DNA from: Candidatus Poribacteria bacterium
GTDB taxonomy: Bacteria > Poribacteria > WGA-4E > WGA-3G
Reading direction: 5' to 3'
Length of the DNA: 64,000 nt
Assembly: GCA_965242965.1 (NCBI GenBank)
Contig: OZ251518.1
Location: forward strand, 3,616,001-3,680,000
The notes below the pieces were generated by a model. That model saw only the letters and a program-made list of their open reading frames with translations. It made no database searches and was not told where the DNA came from. Shown here piece after piece: positions 52,130 to 61,767 of this stretch (position 1 is its first letter; each line of letters begins with the position of its first letter). Position numbers and translations under genes: made by a program.

Positions 52130-54082
52130 CTAACCCGGCGCGAAATCGTAGATGGGCGCGCGGATAATGACGCTGAGGACGCTCCAAAACGCACCGACGC
52201 AGTATTCACCCAAGATAACACCGAAAAAGAAGAATACCATCCGCCGATAAGTGCCAGGGCCCCCGAATCGGAGTGCCAGCCACTTGAGGAAGGAACTAAT
52301 CACGAGGCAACTCCAAAAATAGCCGACACCGAACGTCATTGAGATAGGATACCCTGCAGGATGGAGCGGCCACCAGATAAAGCGCATCCGCATGAACATC
52401 AGGAAAAAAGTGAACCCCATGCCGCCTGCCATGAAACTCATCGCTGGAATATCCGGGTCCCGAGGAAAAGCCAGCAGTCCCGCAAGCCAGCCAAACTGCC
52501 CGATGTGTCCAACGGAAGGACCGATGCCGCCGCCTGCCCCAGTAATCGCACCGCCTAGCCGATAAAGTTCGCTAAGCGTTGCCCAAAATGATGCAAGCGA
52601 ACCGAAAACAACGGCGATAACCATGGCGAGCACCAGACGTTTTGTATTCATTCGGGCACGCTCTGCCATCTTGAACGCCTCAAGTTGATGCGGCATAATG
52701 TGTTCGCGATACCCGCGCCCACTGAAGAACCAGAAATAGGGAAAAACGGTCAGGTTATTCGGCCCGATAGCGCGTGTGCCGAGGATATTGATGAGGAACT
52801 GCTGCGCGTTGCACATGCCTGCCATCTCGTGTGCAGGCGGACCGAGTTCGGCGCGGACGCGCGTGATGGCCAGCGAAATGGCGAAGAAAAATGCGAAGAA
52901 CGGCAAGATAATCGGCAGCGTCATCCCTGCCTTCAGGCAGAACCAGATAATATAGAGGCTCGCGATGAGTATCAGCAGCAGTGCCGTGCGGTAGCGGATA
53001 GGCTCCTGAGAATCGTCAATGCCGCCGCGGAGTCCGACAACGGTGCGCGCGACGTTGGCGAGATGTTTGCGCGTCACAAGCAGCGCGATGACAAAAACCG
53101 CCATCCAGCCGCCGATGGATTGTTCGCTGTTGTAGGGGAAAGGTGCCGGAATACCGACGGCACTACCGAAGACTCGCTGTGCCTTCTCAAATAGGAAGAA
53201 AAACCACATCGAAAAGGAAAGATCGAGCGGCAGCAGGAATCCTAATCCGATAACGAACGGATAGAACGGCACGGGGATATTACCAACGGCGTTCCACGGT
53301 TTCTCGGTGAAGAAACGTCCCCAATTGCGCGCATTATGCCGGACGCTGAAATCGGGGAGCACGGGGAAGAAATGCGCTAAGCCGTGCCAGATGTTCAACG
53401 CCGCGGCGATGATAAACCCGTACCACAGAATCCGATTTTGGAAGAGTTTGGCGGCACCGCCGCCTTCCGTAATTGCCATCGGCAGCTGGATGATGGGATA
53501 GGCGAGTTTCTCGTGCTCTGTCCACTGCTTCCGAATAAGCACATTCAGGCATATCATGATGGTGCCGAGCGCGAGGACGAGCGATGTCCACCACAGCGTC
53601 GGTTTTATCCACGCGCCGCCGATTTTGGCATTGTAAAACGGCGTATCGCCTTCATAAAAGCCGCGGATAATCTCCTTATCTGCGACGACGAGATGCTTCG
53701 GGACATAACTGTGGAACATGTCAGCCCAATCGTTTTCCAGCGTCGCGAACCAGAAGGCGTGCGGCAGTGCCGGGATAGTGAGTGCCAGCGTATCATGCCC
53801 AGCCAAACCGGAGGCGATGGAGAGCATCGCGTAGATGGTAATCATCTCGCCTTGCGTCAATGCCGATTTCGGCGCGACCCGCTTGATAAACAGGTTTATC
53901 AAGATAAGGAAAAAGATGTTGAGGACGACGTTCCAGAAGAGGGAGATAGTCGTGGGATGCCCGGAATGCCAGACACACTCAACTTCGATGACCCAAAATA
54001 CATTGGGGGGTATGAGGAATAAGGCGATGAGGATAGCTCGCCATGTTACGCCCATATCGCGGCGTTTTTCTACGTTTTGCAT
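52130..54082 (-). CDS. Polytopic membrane protein, putative OPT-like peptide transporter
   Basis: Many TM helices; RKQW..HEKL.YPI and WWPLHPAGY motifs. Confidence 0.65.
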   Translation of the reverse strand: MQNVEKRRDMGVTWRAILIALFLIPPNVFWVIEVECVWHSGHPTTISLFWNVVLNIFFLILINLFIKRVAPKSALTQGEMITIYAMLSIASGLAGHDTLALTIPALPHAFWFATLENDWADMFHSYVPKHLVVADKEIIRGFYEGDTPFYNAKIGGAWIKPTLWWTSLVLALGTIMICLNVLIRKQWTEHEKLAYPIIQLPMAITEGGGAAKLFQNRILWYGFIIAAALNIWHGLAHFFPVLPDFSVRHNARNWGRFFTEKPWNAVGNIPVPFYPFVIGLGFLLPLDLSFSMWFFFLFEKAQRVFGSAVGIPAPFPYNSEQSIGGWMAVFVIALLVTRKHLANVARTVVGLRGGIDDSQEPIRYRTALLLILIASLYIIWFCLKAGMTLPIILPFFAFFFAISLAITRVRAELGPPAHEMAGMCNAQQFLINILGTRAIGPNNLTVFPYFWFFSGRGYREHIMPHQLEAFKMAERARMNTKRLVLAMVIAVVFGSLASFWATLSELYRLGGAITGAGGGIGPSVGHIGQFGWLAGLLAFPRDPDIPAMSFMAGGMGFTFFLMFMRMRFIWWPLHPAGYPISMTFGVGYFWSCLVISSFLKWLALRFGGPGTYRRMVFFFFGVILGEYCVGAFWSVLSVIIRAPIYDFAPG

Positions 54083-54160
54083 TCGTTATTTTTTTTTGCG
54101 TCACTTTCGCTTGACATACTCCCTCCGCCTAAAGACGGGGGATTCTGAAGTCTCGCCGCG

Positions 54161-55336
54161 CTAGGCGCAACTGCAGCAGGTGCAGGCGATAGCCTGTCTG
54201 ACACTGCCTAATTCATGGGTAGATGCCCCTACCCGAACAATGTTTATCGCGGCGTTCATATCACGTTCATGATGACGCTGACACCGCGGGCATGTCCACG
54301 TTCTGTCGCGCAGCGTGATAGCGTCATTGACATAGCCGCAGCCGTGACACGTCTTCGTGCTTGGATACCACCTATCGATGCAAGCAACGTTTTTACCACA
54401 CTTGCGCGCCACCTGTCGGATGATAGAAAGGAACTTACTGAAAGCCAAGTCTGAAACCTTCCGTCCCCAGAGTTTTTTCATGGCGGCGATGTTCAGATCT
54501 TCAAAGAAATTCCAATCAAACTGCTCTACAAGATAACGCGCCAGTTTCCAAAAATAGTCTTCACGCTGCCGTGCTATCTTTCGGTGTGTCCGTGCTAATT
54601 CTATCCGCCGTTGATGCCGATGATTACTGCCAACTTCAGAACGGGAGAACCGTCGATTTGCACGTGCAATTGCATTGAGTGAACGTCGAAAGAATTCGGG
54701 GGCTTGTTCTCTCGTTCCATTGCTGGATGTCAGGAATGTTTTGAGTCCAAAGTCATGCCCTGCCGCATTACCAGTCTTGGGCATGAACTCGGTGTATTCC
54801 GCATCTGTGAGAATGGAAATGAACCAGTCACCGACTTTATCTTGTTTCACCGTGACACGTTGCACCTCGCCGACTACCGGGCGAGACAGCCAGAACTTAT
54901 ACCAGCGACCGTTAATACGGATTTTCGCAACGGGACAGCCACCGGGCTTCTTCTTTTCGTAGTCTTCTATCTTGCACTGTCCCGATGAAAATGTCATGGA
55001 CTGCATCTGATAGCGTTTCTTGAACCGCGACGGACGTTTCGCCACTTTCTTGAAGAACCGTTGATACGCCTTGTGAATTCTGTCTATAGACTCCTGGAGC
55101 GTCCAGGAGAAGGGCTGCCGCCACCTGGCGTATTTCGGGAGCCGTTTGAGTTTCGTGAGGTGCTTGCATAACCGATTTCGGCTCGGATGTCTGTAGTCCT
55201 CGCGTTGTCCATACATCCGATAGTGCCGCCGAATCAAGGCGACAAAATGGTTATGCACATGGCAGAGGATATCCAAGTCGCTGCGCAAACGCCACAGCTG
55301 CTTCGGTTGTTGCAATTTATATTTCAGTGTATACAT
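54161..55336 (-). CDS. tnpB: RNA-guided endonuclease TnpB
   Basis: RuvC D (GHDFG), E (FEDLN) and D (RDMNAAINI); zinc finger CHGC...CPRC. Confidence 0.93.
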   Translation of the reverse strand: MYTLKYKLQQPKQLWRLRSDLDILCHVHNHFVALIRRHYRMYGQREDYRHPSRNRLCKHLTKLKRLPKYARWRQPFSWTLQESIDRIHKAYQRFFKKVAKRPSRFKKRYQMQSMTFSSGQCKIEDYEKKKPGGCPVAKIRINGRWYKFWLSRPVVGEVQRVTVKQDKVGDWFISILTDAEYTEFMPKTGNAAGHDFGLKTFLTSSNGTREQAPEFFRRSLNAIARANRRFSRSEVGSNHRHQRRIELARTHRKIARQREDYFWKLARYLVEQFDWNFFEDLNIAAMKKLWGRKVSDLAFSKFLSIIRQVARKCGKNVACIDRWYPSTKTCHGCGYVNDAITLRDRTWTCPRCQRHHERDMNAAINIVRVGASTHELGSVRQAIACTCCSCA

Positions 55337-55436
55337 CGTGGTTACCGTATACCGTGCGTTGCCTCGTTTCAAAAGGTGGCGGGTGACGCAGACAGGTTGC
55401 CTGTGTTGAAACACACCCGCCCACACGGTAACACAC

Positions 55437-55465
55437 ATGATATGATATTCCACCTAAAAAGTCAA
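55437..55465 (-). promoter_or_regulatory. Promoter for tnpB inside the IS left end
   Basis: TTGACT-17-TATCAT. Confidence 0.6.
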
Positions 55466-55579
55466 GGTATTAACCCCCAAAGGGGACAAATACCTGAACT
55501 CTTTTTTTGAATTCCCGGCCCCATGAACGTTTTCTACATCCCGCATGCTAAAGCATGGGATTTGAAAACGGGACGTTCG

Positions 55580-57130
55580 TTAAAAATGTTCAATCGGTGC
55601 GCTTTCCTTGAGTTCCCAGACGTAGTGTCCGAATTCAGCGGCACCGTCCGGAGTGCCGTGGAAGATTTCTGCGTCCAATCCCCAAGCCAATTTGTAGGCG
55701 GCGTGGAGTTGTGTCAACGATTTCGTCACCATGCCGTAGCAGAGGAGTGCGACGGTGCCGCCGCCCCCGCCGCCGGTAATTTTGGCACCGTAGATGCCGC
55801 CTTCTTCGCCGATTTTTTGCGCGATGCTGACGAGTCCGTCCACTTCCGGCGAACCGAGTCCTGCTAAATCGCGATAACTCGCGTTGGATTCATACATGAG
55901 CGCGCCCGCCTCTCGGAGGTAGGCACGGATGCATTCGGGATGCTTGTCCGCGTTTTTCAGTGCGGCGATGAACCGCTTGACACGATGGTTTTCATAAATC
56001 GGATGTTGCACTCGCCGCCTGATGGGATACATTTTCTCCGCATCCACCTGCGTGACAGTATCCACGGTTGCGCCGTATTTTTCAAGGAACTCCTCGCCGG
56101 GCATCTGCTCGGGCAACAGCGGTTCGCACTGTTCGTGGAATTCCTCAACGGAGAGGTTGCACAGATAGTTCGTCTCTAATTTTAACGCGCGCTGCAAGAT
56201 TGTCAAGCCCATAAATGCAGCGGTGCGCGCGTCAATGTAATCGGTGCTTGTCGTGCTGCGCGGTGCTTTCGTATTCACACCGACAAACTTGGCATAGAAC
56301 GGCTTTGACACTCTTTCCAGAATTTCATAAGGTGCCTCGGATGTTGAGGACGTAGGCGGTTGACACCGAATCGAGAGCATCTTTCCCATTTTCCCCGAAA
56401 CCGAAGTCACCTGAGCCATGATACCGCACGGCGCGCCGACAATCCGATTTTCGACGATTTGCGCCACCTGGGCGATGTCCCGTTCGCTTAACTGCAGCTC
56501 ATAAAGTTTGTCAATCGCCATCAACGCCGCGACTTCAATCGCCGCCGATGAAGCAATCCCGGCATCTATCGGAATAGTGCTTTTGAGGACAATCGCGGCA
56601 CCGTGCGGAAAACGTTCGATTTTGCCTTCTTTCAGCAGGGCATAGAACCCGCCGAGGATGTAGCCGCTCCATGCGATTTGCGCGTCCTTATTGAAAAGTT
56701 CACGAACTTGTGCGTAGGTTTTGAGTTCGCCTTCGGCATAGAAATCGTCAAGCGAGAGTTGAACGCCCTGTTTCACCCGCTTGTCTCCAAGCAACACGGT
56801 GTTGCCCGTATCGTTTTCAGGTTTAGTCGTCTGATAGAGATACTGGTTTCCGACACCGAGTGTGACTGCGCGGAGGTGTCTATCTTCGCGCGCTTGACAG
56901 GCGGCGATGGCGATGCGTTCCAGCGTCATTTCAAAGACATTTGCACCGCAGTAATCGGCAATGCCGCCCATGATGTCAAGCCGTGCCGGTGCGCGCGTGA
57001 CGATAACCTTCCCACCCTTCTGCAACCCGAATGGCCCGAAGATGTCGGCGGAGTCTTCTTGGATAAGACGTTCCAAGTCGGAAATTTGGAACGGTTTTAC
57101 GTTGGGACCGCGCAGTTGTTCAACTTTCAT
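55580..57130 (-). CDS. GHMP kinase (galactokinase/arabinokinase-like)
   Basis: APARLDIMGGIADY, GIASSAA, GAPCGIM and GAKITGGGGGG motifs. Confidence 0.85.
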   Translation of the reverse strand: MKVEQLRGPNVKPFQISDLERLIQEDSADIFGPFGLQKGGKVIVTRAPARLDIMGGIADYCGANVFEMTLERIAIAACQAREDRHLRAVTLGVGNQYLYQTTKPENDTGNTVLLGDKRVKQGVQLSLDDFYAEGELKTYAQVRELFNKDAQIAWSGYILGGFYALLKEGKIERFPHGAAIVLKSTIPIDAGIASSAAIEVAALMAIDKLYELQLSERDIAQVAQIVENRIVGAPCGIMAQVTSVSGKMGKMLSIRCQPPTSSTSEAPYEILERVSKPFYAKFVGVNTKAPRSTTSTDYIDARTAAFMGLTILQRALKLETNYLCNLSVEEFHEQCEPLLPEQMPGEEFLEKYGATVDTVTQVDAEKMYPIRRRVQHPIYENHRVKRFIAALKNADKHPECIRAYLREAGALMYESNASYRDLAGLGSPEVDGLVSIAQKIGEEGGIYGAKITGGGGGGTVALLCYGMVTKSLTQLHAAYKLAWGLDAEIFHGTPDGAAEFGHYVWELKESAPIEHF

Positions 57131-58436
57131 CAGTTTTTTTCACGTCGCCGAGGATGCCTTTCTCAAATTGCGAAAGGTTAATCCTTTTAAATTCGCTTCG
57201 CCCGATGTTTTCATAAAATTGCCAGCTCTCAGCATGCTCGCTATCGGCAAATATGCCAAAACGGGTATCAGTTGCCGAGAGGTAGGACTTTAACTGCTCA
57301 TCTCCACTTTGCTCGTATGCCACTTTGCACTCTGCAATAGCGGCGAGTTTGCCTTCTGCGGTAAGAAGCACAACGTCTGCTCTACCGTCTCTGGAACCGA
57401 TGCGAATCTCGCGTTCAAGTTCTATAGAAAAACGCTGATACGCGGGCGTCTTGAAATAACCGACAACTGCTGTCACCACGCGTGCTTCATCACGCGGTTC
57501 AACGAGAAAGAGCTGCGGTGAATCAGGTACCTGCGCAGGCTTTCGTCGTGGCCGGTAAGACGTAAAGAGTTTCAGCAGGGGTTCGGTTTCAGAGACGAAC
57601 TCTGCCTGTCTGCTGCTAATCAGTTCTTGTGTGCCTAGCCCTACTCCAGATAAAGAACGTGAGGATAGCGCGAAGACTTCTCGTTGTTGTTCGCGGGCAT
57701 GCCTTGCTGTTATGAGCGCGCCGCTTCCCCTCGGTGCCTCGCCGATTACGGTGCCTCGCGTTAAACCGCTTATGATACGGTTGCGTTGCGGGAAATTTTT
57801 CCGTCTCACTTCCATGGCCATAGGAAATTCAGAGAGCAGCGCGCCGGATTTCACAATTTGCGCTGCAAGGTCCCGGTTTTCCGGTGGATAAACATCACAC
57901 AGGCCTCTGCCGATTACAGCGAGAGTCCTGCCGCCCGCTTCCAGTGCGCCGCGGTGCGCGCTTTCATCGATGCCACGTGCCAAACCACTCACCACCGTTA
58001 CGTCATGTTTCGCCAGCGCGTAACTGAGTTCATGACTGAGTTGCAGCCCTTCCTCTGTTGACTGACGCGAACCTACCAGGGCAATGCTTTTGTTATCATC
58101 GGCATGGAGTTCGCCTTTTACATAGAGCAAAATCGGCGGATTATTAATCTCCTTCAGCAAAGGTGGATACATTTCGTCATAAAGCGTGATGATGCCGCAT
58201 CCATGGCGTTCAATCAATTCAAGTTCGCGCTGCAAAGGATAGTAAAGCAACTGGTGAACTAAACCCGCAGGCGCGGCACTCCCGGATTCCCACAACTTGC
58301 TTTGCAGTGTCTCGGATGTCGCCTGCAGTGCCGCTTCAGCACTACCGAATGCCTCAACCAACAGTTGAATGGTTTTAGAACCAACCCCCTGCATCAGGTT
58401 GAGATGAATCAGGCTCTTCGTTTCATCGGATAACAT
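57120..58436 (-). CDS. dprA: DNA-processing protein DprA with a C-terminal HsdR-N-like PD-(D/E)XK domain
   Basis: VGSR, VSGLARGID and FPQRNRIISGL; tail RADVV...AECK...QLKSY. Confidence 0.85.
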   Translation of the reverse strand: MLSDETKSLIHLNLMQGVGSKTIQLLVEAFGSAEAALQATSETLQSKLWESGSAAPAGLVHQLLYYPLQRELELIERHGCGIITLYDEMYPPLLKEINNPPILLYVKGELHADDNKSIALVGSRQSTEEGLQLSHELSYALAKHDVTVVSGLARGIDESAHRGALEAGGRTLAVIGRGLCDVYPPENRDLAAQIVKSGALLSEFPMAMEVRRKNFPQRNRIISGLTRGTVIGEAPRGSGALITARHAREQQREVFALSSRSLSGVGLGTQELISSRQAEFVSETEPLLKLFTSYRPRRKPAQVPDSPQLFLVEPRDEARVVTAVVGYFKTPAYQRFSIELEREIRIGSRDGRADVVLLTAEGKLAAIAECKVAYEQSGDEQLKSYLSATDTRFGIFADSEHAESWQFYENIGRSEFKRINLSQFEKGILGDVKKTDES

Positions 58437-58507
58437 CGTTTTGCCTCTGTTCGGGTGAAACTTCCGCGTCTCCCCTCAGCAAACAGCCAGTATTCAAATG
58501 TTATCCT

Positions 58508-58536
58508 ATGTTACACGAATTCTATAAATTTGTCAA
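58508..58536 (-). promoter_or_regulatory. Sigma70-type promoter for dprA
   Basis: TTGACA-17-TAACAT. Confidence 0.6.
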
Positions 58537-58613
58537 GAGTTTTTTTCAGCATTGAACGCGGCACGGTGTCATGCTAATTCTTCTTCCACTTTTTGCGCGC
58601 GTATCTCCATCGC

Positions 58614-60218
58614 CTACTGATTGACGACTGCGACGCTTTCTCCCGATTTCAGCGAATGTTGTCCGGCGATGACAACCGCTGTGCCTTCAGCAATTCCGCT
58701 GAGCACCTCGACCTGGCCTTCACGTAAGAGCCCAATCTGCACACTGCGTCGTTGACTCACGCCGTTTTCAACGATGAATACCTCTTGTTGCTCCGTCGCG
58801 GCATCCTCAAGGAGCGCGGCACGCGGGATAAGAATCGCGTCTGCATGCACCTCAATCGGCACGGTGACGTTGGCGAACATACCGGGCTTCAATGTCCCAT
58901 CGGCATTGTCAATGTGAAACTCAACGGTTGCGGTGCGCCGTGCCGCTTGTAAGGTGGGACTAATGAACGCCACCGTGCCGGTGAGCACCGCGGCTATCCC
59001 ATCAATCTCCACAGATGCCAGCTGATTCATGGACAATTGGTTCAACTGCGATTCGATTACGTCAACGGTGGCTTTGACGGTGTCAATGTTGACAATCTCA
59101 AACAGCGGTGCGGCGGGGGTTGCCATGCCGCCAAAATCGAGGGTGCGTTGCGAGATAATCCCAGAAATCGGTGCGTAAATTGTGGCATCCTTCAGCCGTT
59201 TCTTCGCGAGTTTCAGCGCGACCTGGGCTTGCGTGCGCGCCGTTTTCGACGCGGTAATCTCTGCTTCCCAACTCTTGGCGTTCTCTAACGCCTTCGCGGA
59301 GATGAGCGCGGCTCGCGCTGTTTCAACTTGCGATTGCGCCAGCGCGATGTCCTTCTCCCAGGAACGCGTTTCGGCTTGCGCCCGCGCCAACCGCAAGGAT
59401 GCGGCAGCTTGTTCTACCTGCGCCTCCATCGCTTGGATGTCCTCCACGCGCGCGCCATTGTCGATGAGTTGACGTTGTTCTTTAGCAATGTTATACTGCG
59501 CGCTGGCAACGTCTAGCTGCGTCTTCGCGCTCTCAAGAGACTGCTCGCTAATCGCACCATTTTGGAAGAGCTGCGCCATACGCGCATGGTTGCTTTCGGC
59601 GTTGCCAAGATTGGCTTTTGCTTGATTGTAGGAGGCTTCCGCTTGCCGCCTGTCTTCGGCACGAGCACCGTTTCTGATTTTTTCCAGATTGGCGACAAGG
59701 GACTGTAATCCTGCCTCCGCCTGTTCAATTTGTGTCACCGAACGGAGTTCAGCCAGGTCTGCCACCTGTGCTAGCGAGATGGACGCGGCGTTGAGTTGCG
59801 CCTCGGCTTGCGCGATTTGCGAACGGACGCGCACCTCGGCGAGTTGCTGCGTCTGCGAATACGCCGTCTCGGCAGACTCTAATGTTGCTTCGGCTTGTTG
59901 AACGGCGAGTGCTAATTCTTCATGTTCCACAGTGGCAAGGACATCTCCCTTTTGGACGCTGTCGCCTTCATCAACCGGAAGTGCGCTCAGGCGGCCCGCA
60001 ATGTCCGGGAAGACGTTCACTCGTGACTGCGCTTCAATTGTGCCAGAGAGTTGAAGTTCGGCGCGGATTTCGCCGCGTATCGCGTTGCTAATTTCCACCG
60101 GTTTCAGCACGGCGGCTTCGGCTTGTTCTTCTGTCGGGTTTTCGGTTTTCAAGAATCTTGGGACGGTAAGAACCGCTATGACTAAGACAATGATAACCCC
60201 GAGCCATATTCTTTTCAA
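58614..60218 (-). CDS. Efflux RND transporter periplasmic adaptor with a long alpha-hairpin
   Basis: GDSVQKGD lipoyl-like motif, APISG and LKPGMFA. Confidence 0.9.
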   Translation of the reverse strand: MKRIWLGVIIVLVIAVLTVPRFLKTENPTEEQAEAAVLKPVEISNAIRGEIRAELQLSGTIEAQSRVNVFPDIAGRLSALPVDEGDSVQKGDVLATVEHEELALAVQQAEATLESAETAYSQTQQLAEVRVRSQIAQAEAQLNAASISLAQVADLAELRSVTQIEQAEAGLQSLVANLEKIRNGARAEDRRQAEASYNQAKANLGNAESNHARMAQLFQNGAISEQSLESAKTQLDVASAQYNIAKEQRQLIDNGARVEDIQAMEAQVEQAAASLRLARAQAETRSWEKDIALAQSQVETARAALISAKALENAKSWEAEITASKTARTQAQVALKLAKKRLKDATIYAPISGIISQRTLDFGGMATPAAPLFEIVNIDTVKATVDVIESQLNQLSMNQLASVEIDGIAAVLTGTVAFISPTLQAARRTATVEFHIDNADGTLKPGMFANVTVPIEVHADAILIPRAALLEDAATEQQEVFIVENGVSQRRSVQIGLLREGQVEVLSGIAEGTAVVIAGQHSLKSGESVAVVNQ

Positions 60219-60248
60219 TTTGGTTTCTCCCCATTTTCTGTTTGGTGT

Positions 60249-61664
60249 CTATTGTAATTGTTGTCCGATTGCTTTTTCCAACCGTGCTAAGCCGACGACA
60301 TAGTCATGATGCGCCTGAAGCCGGTTGACTTCCGCCTGCGCCAGCGCGAGTTGCGTGTCGGTTAACGCCACGGTGGTAATGATGCCGTTTTCAAATTGGA
60401 TATTCGCGATGCGCACACTCTCGCGTGCTTGCGCCACGGTTTCACGCTGCACCTCCATCAACGTTCGCGCCTCCAAGAGGTTCAGATAGGCGGAACGCAC
60501 CTCAAATTCGACAGCGGATGTCAACCGCGCACTCCCTAATTCTGTCTGTTTGAGGACAGACTCGTTCTGTTGCACCGCTGCCTGCGTCGCAAACCCATCA
60601 AAAATCGGGATGTTAATCCGGAGTCCAAGGCTCCAGATGCGGTTCATCTCCGTGAGTCTTTCATTTTGTGATATTTGGTAATTGCTGAAAAAACTGAAGT
60701 CTGGGAGACGGCGCGTTTTCGCGACATCCACCTGTTTGCGAGCGGCGCGCTCGTTCAATTGCGAACGGCTCATCTCCGGACGATTTTTCAGAGCCTGTTG
60801 TATTAACCCCTCAAGACTGCCAGCCGCTAACGGATGTTCGCCGACGGTTTCCAAAGAACCTTGCACCGAGATAGCCTCGGAGAGCGGGATGTTCAGGAGC
60901 GTCTTATAGCCGTTTTTGGCGATGCGAACCCCGTTCTCGGCGCGGATAAGCTGCGATTGCGCGTTTGCCAGCTGCACCTTCGCGCGCAGCACGTCGAAAT
61001 TCGTCGCCGCCCCTGCTTCAAACGATGCCTCAGCGATGCCGAGTTGCTTCTCAACGAGCGCGACGCTTTGCTGTGCAACACGGACGAACTCTTGCGCTAC
61101 TAAAACGCCGTAAAACGCTTCAGAGACATCTAAACGGAGTTGATGATAGGCAGCGGCGACTTCGCGTTCTACCGCCTGATAACTCAGTTTCGCCGCCTGA
61201 TAGCCGTAGTAGTAGCGTCCCCATGCGAAGACAGGTTGCGTGAGGCTCACCGTGCCTTGCAAATTGTGATGCGCGCCGAATTCCAATTCGATGAGCTCTG
61301 CCTCGTTATCGCCTGTCGGTGTCGGCATCGGTTGCATCTCGTCTCCGTCGCCTGTCCCACCGGGCGGTAGGAAACCGAACCCACCGTCTGCCTGAATTAC
61401 AGACTTTTGGACATCTCTAAAATAGGTATAGTCGCCGTTCGCTGTGATTCGCGGTAAGAGGCCCGCGCGCGCCGCGCGCACCTGCGCCGCCGCCGTTTTC
61501 AGATTCTGTTCCGCTGTCTGAACAGTCAGGTTGCTCTCTTTAGCAATCTCCAAACTTTCATCGAGCGTCAAAACCCGCTGTTCTTGCGCATTGACGGCGA
61601 AGGCGAGCAAACATATCAGAAAGGCTCCGCTCCATGCAATGTCGCGAAACCGGAATAAATTCAT
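60249..61664 (-). CDS. TolC family outer-membrane efflux protein
   Basis: LTQPVF, IPIFDGF and two OEP repeats. Confidence 0.9.
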   Translation of the reverse strand: MNLFRFRDIAWSGAFLICLLAFAVNAQEQRVLTLDESLEIAKESNLTVQTAEQNLKTAAAQVRAARAGLLPRITANGDYTYFRDVQKSVIQADGGFGFLPPGGTGDGDEMQPMPTPTGDNEAELIELEFGAHHNLQGTVSLTQPVFAWGRYYYGYQAAKLSYQAVEREVAAAYHQLRLDVSEAFYGVLVAQEFVRVAQQSVALVEKQLGIAEASFEAGAATNFDVLRAKVQLANAQSQLIRAENGVRIAKNGYKTLLNIPLSEAISVQGSLETVGEHPLAAGSLEGLIQQALKNRPEMSRSQLNERAARKQVDVAKTRRLPDFSFFSNYQISQNERLTEMNRIWSLGLRINIPIFDGFATQAAVQQNESVLKQTELGSARLTSAVEFEVRSAYLNLLEARTLMEVQRETVAQARESVRIANIQFENGIITTVALTDTQLALAQAEVNRLQAHHDYVVGLARLEKAIGQQLQ

Positions 61665-61767
61665 CGGAGTGCGTCCTCCTATGTTATGGACGGCCACGGC
61701 TTTTCACATCCATGGCCGCCTGTGGATAATGTGGATGGATAGACATCCACCCTGACAACCCAAAAAC

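Larger units (their letters stand above)
54111..55564 (-). mobile_element. TnpB-only IS200/IS605-family element (IS1341-like)
   Basis: Right end hairpin CCCCCGTCTTTAGGCGGAGGG followed by TATGTCAA; left end hairpin TCCCATGCTTTAGCATGCGGGA; no tnpA. Confidence 0.8.

Noticed and set aside
55337-55453. tnpA remnant (YHI motif) fused to tnpB
   Set aside because: No HUH motif; the region is better explained as a promoter plus structured leader.
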